From: an uncultured Acidobacteriota bacterium | GTDB taxonomy: Bacteria > Acidobacteriota > Blastocatellia > RBC074 | Length of the DNA: 64,000 bases | Assembly (NCBI GenBank): GCA_963796275.1 | Contig: CAWCKY010000001.1 | Span: 32,001-96,000 of the forward strand | Reading direction: 5' to 3' | Part shown: positions 20,989 through 29,988 of the stretch, in pieces | Layout: every line of letters starts with the position of its first letter | How positions within the stretch are numbered: position 1 is the stretch's first letter | The notes under the pieces: model-generated | Database searches by the model: none | What the model saw: only the letters and a program-made list of their open reading frames with translations | Told to the model about the DNA's origin: nothing | Position numbers and translations under genes: made by a program

Positions 20989-21301
20989 ATCTGATGTGAG
21001 GCTGGCAATCAGCTAACGCATCAGAAGGCTCTTCTATTATTGTAAGGATTGAGGATGTTGGTCTTCTTTATCCGTGAGTATATCCAAGAAATGGTAAGGG
21101 CTGACTATGAAGAAAAAGCCGCCCTCAGCTGATTCCACGGACACAAGTGAAGATCAACTGCTCAAGATGGGGTAGCCAGATGAGAAATACTATATATGCT
21201 GATTTCTTAGAAAGTCAAAAGAAAAATCCGCACTTGCAAGCAGGCTGATGAAATCGATCCGGTTGAATGAGGTAAAACACGATCCGAAGCGCAACTAAGC
21301 G

Positions 21302-21388
21302 GAGGCGCAGAGGAGGCAGATGTAGCGCACAGGGTAACTGAGGCACGAGTTACAACCTGTGCTCACTCTGCCCTTTTCTGCGTCTTTC
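21302..21388. repeat. Long intergenic stem-loop (REP-like)
   Basis: AGGCGCAGAGGAGGCAGA pairs with TCTGCCCTTTTCTGCGTCT; inner stems GCACAGG/CCTGTGC and GTAACT/AGTTAC. Confidence 0.6.
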
Positions 21389-21487
21389 GATGAACGATAT
21401 CTCTTACATCGAACAATCAATGCAAACGGGTGACTTCATCACACTTTAATTTGCTCATGTCTCAAGTAAGGGGAAAGAAATGTATGA

Positions 21488-21502
21488 GCAAGAAGTGTGC
21501 CG
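21488..21502 (-). promoter_or_regulatory. Sigma54-type -24/-12 promoter facing the ECF-RHS-TPR genes
   Basis: Minus strand CGGCAC-ACTTC-TTGC matches TGGCAC-N5-TTGC. Confidence 0.5.
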
Positions 21503-21756
21503 CTCGAAAGTAGCTTGAATGAAGAGAGTGAATCATCCGATCTGCGGATAATTACCAGGTCGGCGAGTAAAAATATGCATAAATGGCTAGCAGTGCGGAA
21601 AATTACTCACCGAGGGCATTGATGAAGCAACGGTTATAAGATTACAGCTTTGGGGATACCTTCATCTTCATCTCGTGCCTGGACATAGCCAAAATCAGAC
21701 TTAGTACCGCACGCTGAAAGTAGATAGTTGGAGTGGTATAAGAAGGTATTTTGTAT

Positions 21757-21784
21757 GAGTCCGATAACACATCTTATGTAACCA
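21757..21784 (+). other. XerCD dif-like site 1
   Basis: GAGTCCGATAA-CACATC-TTATGTAACCA (11-6-11). Confidence 0.75.
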
Positions 21785-22208
21785 GAGTAAAAAGATTAGA
21801 CGGTTACTATAAGGCAGATTAGCTCTTGCCGTAATTGATATATCCTTCATGGCCGACCGACCCATGACATCGTTTGGTGATCCATAGACCACCATGGACA
21901 AACAATAATTCTGAAAGAACCCCATTAAACCAATCACTTATTATTGGAGTCAGTATCTACAAACGAGCCTCAGCGTTGTTGCCAGGAGGGCTTTATGCAA
22001 AGACATAAGCTCAATCTGATATTGCTATCCTTGCTGCTTCGCTGGGTGTTTGATATCACAATTTATGTTATGCAACAAAAACAGTTCACAGACTCGGCAT
22101 TGAGATTTCTGTTGGCTCAGCCTGCATAACAACCGAATCCAGGCATTAATGAGGTTGGTGGCTGTATAAGACCAAGATTTCCATGCGACGTATTCTGCAA
22201 TCAGAAGA

Positions 22209-23021
22209 GTTAGCCGCAGTTGGAGGTGACTCGTGAACGATTATCAGATCAAGACGGTTGAATCGCGGCGTTTTGATATCACCGGTGCGGTATCTCCTAT
22301 TGAAGTAGAGTTCCACAAGGAACCGCGGTGGGCGGTTGAGCTTGGTGACATCGGCATCGTGTCGCGTGAGTCTCTGGTCGATGGGCTTGCCTTGGCGCGG
22401 TATTCGTCCCGGACTGCATTGACAGGTTCCGCTTTGCCCGCAATGACAATCATGCAACCTCCCGGAGAACCCGCTCCGCTTGCTCCATCAGATTTGCTCG
22501 ATCTCAGCTTGCTTGTTGCATCATTCGGACGAATGCCGACGGAAATGGACTACTCGGATGGTAGCCGATACCTCGCTCTGAGAGCGGCCATCGAAGCGCG
22601 ACTGGGGCTTCAGCACATCCATCTCGGAATACGTGGCGGCGAAAGACAAATCGAACTGGAGACCGCCGTCGAGCAGGTCGCTATGAGGTTAGCAGAGCAT
22701 TCGCTAGCATTCTCGCAGTCGCCTGATCTCGGCTTTCTGAAGTTCGTTGATCTCATCAAGAAGGGCGGACGAGTCTTCACGTTCTCCGCAGGCGCTGACA
22801 CTTTGCTTGGAGCAAGTGCTCTCGCGAGTGCCTACCAACTAGCGATGTTGTCGAATCCAGTAGTTGCCATCCAGTTGGCGGCAGGCGGAGCAGCTGCGTA
22901 CGTGGTTCTAAAGTTCGGTAGAGCAGTTGGGAAGAAGATCGACCATCTCATCCAGAAGTGGTGAGCTGGCTAACAACAGCATGCAGCGGACGGCACTCCG
23001 TGCCGCCGCTGATGCTGAGCG
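22209..23021 (+). mobile_element. Integron gene cassette
   Basis: Starts with core site GTTAGCC, the exact complement of the attC inverse core GGCTAAC; a single ORF fills the cassette. Confidence 0.85.
22233..22964 (+). CDS. Cassette-encoded hypothetical protein with C-terminal hydrophobic helices
   Basis: GGAGG RBS, GTG start, stop 3 nt before the attC. Confidence 0.75.
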   Translation: MNDYQIKTVESRRFDITGAVSPIEVEFHKEPRWAVELGDIGIVSRESLVDGLALARYSSRTALTGSALPAMTIMQPPGEPAPLAPSDLLDLSLLVASFGRMPTEMDYSDGSRYLALRAAIEARLGLQHIHLGIRGGERQIELETAVEQVAMRLAEHSLAFSQSPDLGFLKFVDLIKKGGRVFTFSAGADTLLGASALASAYQLAMLSNPVVAIQLAAGGAAAYVVLKFGRAVGKKIDHLIQKW

Positions 23022-23027
23022 TTATGC
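22968..23027 (+). other. attC recombination site (60 bp)
   Basis: GGCTAAC-AA-CAGCAT(G)CAGCGG(A)CGGCAC-TCC-GTGCCG-CCGCTG-ATGCTG-AGC-GTTATGC, with extrahelical bases. Confidence 0.9.
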
Positions 23028-23187
23028 GGCGCTTTCAAATTTGGTGCCACAGCAGGTTCTTCGGTAGAAAGCGCGTCCGCGCGGAGGCCGGCAGCCGTGG
23101 TTGGAGGTAATATCCGCTTCTGCACTCTTTTCACCCTGGAGGTCGTGTGACAGCTTGGCGGTCCAAACGCGTTGCTCGCACCGTCAA

Positions 23188-23298
23188 CAGGGAACTTCAG
23201 GAGTTCGTGATCTCCCAATCCGATAAAGCCTATCGGCCGATCCTGCGCCACCTTTATTTTCTGTGGGGACCTACGCCAAGGATATGTTGGCTGAAGAG
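23188..23298 (+). pseudogene. Second degenerate fragment of the SprT-like gene
   Basis: Nucleotide similarity to 27495-27608. Confidence 0.8.
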
Positions 23299-23329
23299 CT
23301 TCGCTCCGCTACGGCCCTTCGGATGAATG

Positions 23330-23694
23330 CGTGGAAGGTGAACCCTGCCAAGAGTAAAACCGAGAACCCCGATATGTTTACTCCATTTTCCACACACTAG
23401 AATTGTGTGCAATTGGGTTGGCGTGTCAGGGGTGTTTTATGAAGTTCAATGCGCCCCTCAGCCATGCCTATTAGGGCAAGGGGTAAAGGACGGATGGTGA
23501 CTTTGATTTGACTCGTTGCCCTGCCGGTTTTGTCATTTGTCGCCATCCGGTTTCTGAGAACCCCCCTTTCTGATTCACGCACCAAAAGGATATTTCATTT
23601 ACAAAATCCCCCCTCAAGCGGCTCCGACGAACACAGGGTATTCAAGACAAACAATCCTTCAATACCAAAAGGTTGGCACTATATTTAACCGTTG
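23330..23694 (+). repeat. ~370-bp structured non-coding repeat, copy 2
   Basis: Colinear with 4097-4466. Confidence 0.85.
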
Positions 23695-23863
23695 TAATCG
23701 AAGAGGGTCTGGAGAAGGGGTTAGCGGCAGGCAGTACGTACGTACGTGATAGGTTGCATCTTCTCAGCCCGATTCATAAAGAGGGAAGACCTATGAAACG
23801 ATCTATTGAGGAGGCAATAGTATCCCCTGAAAATCAGGAAGGGCGCTTGCTCAGGTGCGCGTG

Positions 23864-24178
23864 CTAAAGCGCGGAGCGCATCAACGACACATCTTCACTT
23901 TTCCTGATACATTGAATTTCCAGGTCAAGTAATTCAAGTAGTCTTCTGATTCGCTGCATCTTGCTCTCATCCACTTCAAGCGCTCCGATCGTAGACGCGT
24001 AATCAAGTAGAGCTTGGAGCTGTGCCCGATAATCTTCCGCGGCAGAAATGCATCTATCGGTTATCTCTTTCAGCTTCGGGCTCTGATGGTGAAGAGCGGC
24101 AAAATATTCCCCCATTAAAGCGTAGTACTTCCCAGCTGTGTGATAAATCGCTCGCTGCATCTCGATCAGGTTACTCAA
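23864..24178 (-). CDS. Hypothetical helical protein
   Basis: 104-aa ORF with a GAGG RBS and an amphipathic pattern. Confidence 0.5.
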   Translation of the reverse strand: MSNLIEMQRAIYHTAGKYYALMGEYFAALHHQSPKLKEITDRCISAAEDYRAQLQALLDYASTIGALEVDESKMQRIRRLLELLDLEIQCIRKSEDVSLMRSAL

Positions 24179-24628
24179 TTTTTTGCCTCACGTTTAAGGG
24201 GTGATGACATTCCAGCAACTCCACCCAATGCGCATCCTAGCGTGATGGCTGGAACGAGTGCTGTCTATCGTCCTTCTTTTTCATTTATCTCCCTGCCTCC
24301 GAAAGGCTACGAAAGTAGTTGGCACGAGCTCCTTCAACTCGGCCAGGACCTGATCGCACGCCGTGAGCTCGGCCACGAGTCGGGAGTCCCGGGTGCGTCT
24401 CTCCTTGTCCGAAGAATATAGTGATTCGAATCTGAAATGAGTATAGGGCGCTTTCGCGCCCTAAATTCAGCAGCGTCCTCAGCCATTAGGGTATACACTG
24501 CTAATTAGCCCGAGTTTATATCGCAGAGCCATGCTCTTGTCAACATATGAAACTATTCCAATAGATACTACATTTGGTGGAATCGCGTAAGGTGAATGTA
24601 TCGCCGTCGTCGGCAATGGCGACCACGG

Positions 24629-25699
24629 GATCCTTGCCGGCCAGGGAACAATCGCCGCCGGCGCACCAACAATCTGACCTCGATCTAACGTCGAGTGATG
24701 TCTCTTCCGGAAAACCCGTTGATGGTAAACAGTTCGCGGCACAATCTGACACCACGGAGTATAGCTTATATGTGTGCTTCCGCACAGATAGAATTCGGAG
24801 GCGGACGCCCGTGGCTATTGGCAATCCGGGCCGTGTCGGTGGCCGGCCTAAGTGAGATGCTGAGTAATCTCCTTACTAGGGGGAGGAGCTAGTCGCGTCA
24901 GTAGCAGCGCAATCTCGCCGAGCGGCAGGCAGTAATCCACATCTACGTTTTGCAGCACGCTGTACGGCATGGAGGAGGCAATCGCTTCCACCGGATCCTG
25001 CACGATGGCTATTCCCCCGCGATCCTTCACAGCTTGGAGCCCCGCCGTGCCGTCATATAGATACCCCGTTAGAACCACGCCCACGATGCGCGATCCATAA
25101 GCGTGAGCCGCCGAGCGGAATAATACGTTGATGGCTGGGCGGAAGCGGTTCTCCTTCGGGCCGCGCGTGACCCTGACAAGGCCGGGCTCAAGCAGTAGGT
25201 GGTAATCAGGCGGAGCCACATAAATATGCCCCGGCCTGAGCAGATCAAAATCTGCCGGAACAGAGGCTGGGAGCGGCCCAGCATCCATAAGTATCCGGGG
25301 CAATATGCACGGAGCAGTCGGACCGCAGTGTTGCACAAGGAGAACAGAAGCGGGAAACCCTGCGGGCAATCCGCTAACAATCACCCTCAACGCATCAATG
25401 CCTCCGTAAGAGGCTCCTATGACGATAATGTCCTTGTTCGCCATACGTACCACCTCTATCGAATAGGATTAAGATCACGAAACTCGATGGCGCAAGAATG
25501 ACAAAGTTGTATGGTCTAGTATATTGAAATTCTTGTTTGGCAACGAGCCCCCCAAATTCCCCACTGGTGTCCACCAGGCCCGTAGCCGGAGTGGGTTGGT
25601 GGAAACGGCCTAACTACTCATTTCACCAATAAATTAGATACCAGAGACGGTTCCAGAGCTAATCCGTCATATGTGCCTACGACGTCTTTATCGGGTGCA
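24629..25699. repeat. ~1.07-kb near-identical direct duplication (copy 1; copy 2 at 33133-34204)
   Basis: Sequences match almost base for base. Confidence 0.95.
24848..25453 (-). CDS. cheB: Stand-alone CheB-type methylesterase domain protein, copy 1
   Basis: IIVIGASYGG, VQH, YVAPPDYHL, FRPAINVLFRSAA, LTG..DGTAGL, SMP. Confidence 0.9.
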   Translation of the reverse strand: MVRMANKDIIVIGASYGGIDALRVIVSGLPAGFPASVLLVQHCGPTAPCILPRILMDAGPLPASVPADFDLLRPGHIYVAPPDYHLLLEPGLVRVTRGPKENRFRPAINVLFRSAAHAYGSRIVGVVLTGYLYDGTAGLQAVKDRGGIAIVQDPVEAIASSMPYSVLQNVDVDYCLPLGEIALLLTRLAPPPSKEITQHLT

Positions 25700-25793
25700 C
25701 CTCTATTTGGATAGGATCATGAAACTCGATGGCGCAAGAATGACAAAATGGCTTGGCGTATGAAATTTCTTGTTTGGCAACGAGCCTCCAGCC

Positions 25794-25999
25794 ATTGAAG
25801 CGAGTAGAGCCGCCTTTCCTCTTATTTGCATTGTGCTTCGCGTCGTCAGGCCGTCAACTCGCTACGCTGCGCTCCGCGACTCCTTCGCTTCACTACGGCC
25901 TTGACGGGTGACTGCCTTCCTCCGCTCCGCTAAATCGGCAAACTAAGAGGAAAAGGCTATCACCCGAGTTCTACTCGAACTACGTTACGCAAGCACAAT
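25794..25999. repeat. Hairpin-forming intergenic element, copy 2
   Basis: GCCTTTCCTCTTATTTGC...GCAAACTAAGAGGAAAAGGC with CGCTACGCT/CTCCGCT motifs. Confidence 0.75.
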
Positions 26000-26299
26000 A
26001 CGCTGGCGAATCGTCAAGTGCGACGGCGGATCCGCCTTGATTCGGAAACCAATAATCAAAGGCGGATTGCCCCTGATTCTGCGAAGAGCGAATCAAAAAG
26101 TGAAAAACTTCCAGCCGGCAATCCGGAGTCGGATCAACCCAGAAACCCAGAACTTGCGAAGCCCGCTATTTGAGTACCTGCAAAGGAACAACGCCTCACA
26201 GCGCCTGTGCTAGCGCAAGAGCGATAGTCCACAGAGCGAGATCGGAGTCTCTGAGAGACGATGCTCGAGCATCGCCGGCCGCGGCGTGGAGCCCACAGG

Positions 26300-26668
26300 T
26301 CAATTCAGCGGTAAAGTTCGCGAGACGACATCTATAAGCTCATCCACGAAATTCACCCCTTTCTTGATAAGTCCCTGAGCGCCTGCTGTCTTAATTTCCT
26401 GCATCGTGATTGAATAAGTGGAGGTACAGAAGATGATGGGAGTATCAGGGTCGAACGTGCGGATCAGAAGGCATAATTCAAGCCCGGTGCCGTCTGGCAA
26501 ATGATAGTCGAGTAGATAAAAGTCGAATCTTCCACTCGTGGCCCGGGTAAGAGCATCAGCTTTACTGTAAGCCCCAACCACCTCGTAATCCTTCAGAAGG
26601 CCAGCTATCATCCGACACAAATCTTCGTGGTCCTCGACACACAAGATTTTCTTTTTCGATTCAGCCAT
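26300..26668 (-). CDS. Single-domain response regulator
   Basis: ILCVEDH, LLDYHLPDGTGLELC, PIIFCT. Confidence 0.9.
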   Translation of the reverse strand: MAESKKKILCVEDHEDLCRMIAGLLKDYEVVGAYSKADALTRATSGRFDFYLLDYHLPDGTGLELCLLIRTFDPDTPIIFCTSTYSITMQEIKTAGAQGLIKKGVNFVDELIDVVSRTLPLN

Positions 26669-26715
26669 AAGTTTCCGCCGTGGCGAACTCATTCAGGCTG
26701 GTTGTGGAGCCAGGG

Positions 26716-27064
26716 CAATTTAGCGGTAAAGTTCGCGAGACGACGCTCCTAAGTTCATCCACGAAATCTTGATAAGTGCTTGAGTGTCTACTGCCTTAGT
26801 TTCCTTCATCGTGATTGAATAAGTGCACGTACAAAAGAAAGGGTGTATTAAGGTCGAACGTACGCCGTCAAAAGACAGAGTTCAAGCCCGGTGCCGTCTG
26901 GCAAATGATAGTCGAGTAAATAAAGGTCAAAGCTTCCACTCATGGCCTTCGTAAGAGCATCAATATTAGTGTAAGCCCCAACCACCTCATACTCCTCGAG
27001 AATTTATTGACCAACCGATATCTTGTTCCCCCACACACAGGATTTTCTTTGTCGATTCAGGCAT
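26716..27064 (-). pseudogene. Decayed tandem paralog of the response regulator
   Basis: Colinear nucleotide similarity to 26300-26668, with deletions. Confidence 0.85.
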
Positions 27065-27460
27065 AAGTTGTGGAGCGGTGCTGCAACGCTATTCTCGTGA
27101 AAGACAAAACCCTACTTGCAAAATAGAGTCCAAAGCAAACAGGGATATCCCCGTAATAGATGGGGAAATCCCGGTAACCGTGTGCTTTATAACAAGACAG
27201 TGGGTATTTATCTCATCTGTACCGCTGCAATTATTGGCTGAATCGCTATCGACCAGGCGGATATCGACAATACACAGGTATATGAGAAGCTGGTCAGAGC
27301 TACGCGAGACAGGCAAGCCAGAGGACTCTTTCGCAGACTCCCGCAGCTCTAGGCCATTCCTTGCCCTCTCATACAATCTCGTCAGCGCCATCCCTTGACA
27401 AATGGAGTAACATGTCTCTCGTATAAGAGACATGTACCAAGCTTTCGGAAAGGGTGCGCG

Positions 27461-28291
27461 ATGAAATCACGTATTACGGCCGCGGACATAAAGCACAGGG
27501 AGGAATTCCAAGAGTTCGTTGTCTCCCAATCTGATAAGGCCTATCGGCCAGTCCTGCGCCGCCTCTATTTTCTTTGGGAGACGTACGCCAAGGACCTGTT
27601 GGCTGAAGCATCGATGACTCCGCCCTACATAATGCTCGCATCCCCATCCCTCCCGCAGCATTTCGGAGATTACTCTTTGGTGAGCGGCTTCGGCGGACAT
27701 TCGCAGATCCGTCTCCGTCCGACACTCCTGACAGGGCACCACAATGCGATGAAGAAAGGCGACCGCTACGCTGAAGGGAGGTTCCTTTTCGTGTGCGACG
27801 TTCTCCTGCACGAAACGATCCACCAGTACCACCACGAGATCACTGGAAAGACGGAAGACTCTTACAAGGGACACGGCCCGCAGTTTCGGGACACGTGCAA
27901 CCTCGTGGGAAAAACGCTGGGGCTCGGTCATGTGCGCGTTGCCAAGGCGCGGGGCAAAGACAAGGACCTTCCCTCCTGCGCGCTATGGCCACACTGCGTC
28001 AGGCCTAGGAACTACTACCACGGCGCTTACGTGCCGCAGGCCACCAAGAAGGGAGCGAAGGAATTTGACGATAAGATCAGCGCAAAACGGGCGGCGCTTC
28101 GCAAATTTCTGGGGAATGACCGCTCCGGAGCCTTGATCACGTTAATCGAGGCCGCGCATAACTTTCGTCGCCTCTGCCCGGAGGGTTTCGAAGAAGAAGC
28201 CGCCGCGCTCTTGCAGGGTATCGATCGAAGGGAGAAGAGACGGTTGATCGGGTTTCTTCGAGCCGCACGTGAAATGGACATAGACCTCTAA
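27461..28291 (+). CDS. SprT-like zinc metalloprotease (HExxH)
   Basis: VLLHETIHQ...GHGPQFR motif; preceded by the palindrome ACATGTCTCT-N6-AGAGACATGT. Confidence 0.75.
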   Translation: MKSRITAADIKHREEFQEFVVSQSDKAYRPVLRRLYFLWETYAKDLLAEASMTPPYIMLASPSLPQHFGDYSLVSGFGGHSQIRLRPTLLTGHHNAMKKGDRYAEGRFLFVCDVLLHETIHQYHHEITGKTEDSYKGHGPQFRDTCNLVGKTLGLGHVRVAKARGKDKDLPSCALWPHCVRPRNYYHGAYVPQATKKGAKEFDDKISAKRAALRKFLGNDRSGALITLIEAAHNFRRLCPEGFEEEAAALLQGIDRREKRRLIGFLRAAREMDIDL

Positions 28292-28327
28292 TAGGGCGAC
28301 TGGGGACCGGGAGAATTTTGAGAAACC

Positions 28328-28372
28328 TTGCAAAGCTGAGCTTTGCAACATTTGGACGGTTTATGTTAGCAT
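28328..28372 (+). promoter_or_regulatory. Sigma70 promoter with a palindromic operator upstream of the NYN gene
   Basis: -35 TTGCAA, 18-nt spacer, extended -10 TGtTAGCAT; perfect inverted repeat TTGCAAAGCT-G-AGCTTTGCAA over the -35. Confidence 0.6.
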
Positions 28373-28472
28373 CCTGCCAAGAAATCCGAACGCCGGTAGG
28401 CCGGCACAACAATCGCCCTCTTCTGCGATTTTATCCAGCGGAAGAGGGCATTGATCTATATGGGGCACCTTA

Positions 28473-29093
28473 ATGAAGAAAACAGCCGTTTTACTGGATC
28501 TCGGCTTTGTCAGCCATAAACTCTTCAAACTGTTAGGAAATAGACACCCAAACGCAAATGAGGTTCGCGGTTTCGCTTTAAAATGCCTTACTGCAGATGA
28601 AGAGCTGTTTAGAATCTATTGTTATGATTGTTTTCCCTATGCTGAATCACAGAAACACCCGCTCACAAGTCAAATAGTGAACTTCGCAAACACCAATACC
28701 TATAAGAGAGCCACCAAGCTTTTGCATGATTTGAGAATTTCAGACAACATTGCGTTCAGATACGGGGAGCTGATCTTCAATGGATGGATTCTTAAAAAGT
28801 ACGCTGTCGACGACATTTTAAAAACCCATCGCAATCTGCAACCAGACGACTTTAAACCCGATCTCAAACAGAAACTTGTCGATATGAAAATCGGATTGGA
28901 CGTTGCTTGGTTAGCCAGCAAGGGCATCGTGGATAGAATTATTCTCGTGACGGCCGATAGTGATTTTATTCCTGCGATGAAATTCGCACGCCGCGAAGGT
29001 GTTCAAGTCGTCTTGGTTGTGCTCGGTCATAAACAGGTCAAACGCGAATTGAAAGAGCACGCCGACGAACTGAGAACCGTGACGTTTCCGTGA
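28473..29093 (+). CDS. NYN/LabA-DUF88 (PIN-fold) ribonuclease-like protein
   Basis: AVLLDLGF, KQKLVDMKIGLD, LVTADSDFIPAMKFARREG. Confidence 0.9.
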   Translation: MKKTAVLLDLGFVSHKLFKLLGNRHPNANEVRGFALKCLTADEELFRIYCYDCFPYAESQKHPLTSQIVNFANTNTYKRATKLLHDLRISDNIAFRYGELIFNGWILKKYAVDDILKTHRNLQPDDFKPDLKQKLVDMKIGLDVAWLASKGIVDRIILVTADSDFIPAMKFARREGVQVVLVVLGHKQVKRELKEHADELRTVTFP

Positions 29094-29309
29094 TGGAAGC
29101 CTGCCTGTACAACGCAAAAAATTAGTTAATTAAAAATACAATCGTGCCCGATCTGCATGAATGAAAAAGCGGATTTTGCTGGACCACAAGAACCCGGGTC
29201 GCGGCGAACGATGGTTCGAATCGCTGGCATCGATTGCCCGGATGCTTGATCCGAATGCGCCGGCGGATAACCAGGCGGCGATACTCGGCATTGAATGGCA
29301 CCAGCTGGC

Positions 29310-29460
29310 GCCGACCCCTTTGAGCGTGCCTGCGTAGTAGGTAATCTTGCGCGGAGAGATAGCCTGGATGTTCCGTCTCGATCTCGCCGTGATCTTCATT
29401 CTGCCGCTTGGCGCGTTCGAGCGCCGGCGCCTCGGTCAGAATGAGGTTTCTCCCGCCGAC
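29310..29460 (-). pseudogene. IS481-family transposase internal fragment
   Basis: HGEIETEHPGYL.AQD and YYAGTLKGVG across a frameshift. Confidence 0.75.
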
Positions 29461-29470
29461 TTGGCCTCTT

Positions 29471-29974
29471 CTATAAAATCTCAGATAAATCAATCTCGGT
29501 CGGCGGCGGGGCCATCCCAACCACCTGATAATTTCCCGAAGCTTCGGCTCCAGTCGCGTGAATGCGGAATTGCGGCCACAATTTCAAATCGTCGCGCAGC
29601 GAATGATAGACGTTGCAATATTTACTGACCGAGAGGTTGATGGCGCGGACCAGTTTATCGGGAGTGACCCCCTCGCCCCACACGTCGAACAGCAATCTCG
29701 CGCCAATCAAATAACTCGGGTCCATCCGATAGTGATAGGCCTCCAGAGTCACTTCGAACTTCGCGGCCGGCGTTCGCATCTCCTCCAGAATCGAAACCAC
29801 ATCGACGGACGCGCACGCGCCCAACGCTTCGAGCAGCAATTCGGCCGGGCTCGCGCCAGATTGCTTGCCGGCGTCAATCGCGGTGTCGATCCCGCCGGCG
29901 TTCACGCATGTGAATCTCGCCCCGCCATTCCAATTCAGTTTTACTGTCAGATCACTCATTCGGGTTCCCCTCAT
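29471..29974 (-). CDS. OsmC-like protein
   Basis: SPAELLLEALGACASVDVVSIL...LSVSKYCNV. Confidence 0.88.
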   Translation of the reverse strand: MRGTRMSDLTVKLNWNGGARFTCVNAGGIDTAIDAGKQSGASPAELLLEALGACASVDVVSILEEMRTPAAKFEVTLEAYHYRMDPSYLIGARLLFDVWGEGVTPDKLVRAINLSVSKYCNVYHSLRDDLKLWPQFRIHATGAEASGNYQVVGMAPPPTEIDLSEIL

Positions 29975-29988
29975 ATTGTGTCAGGCGC

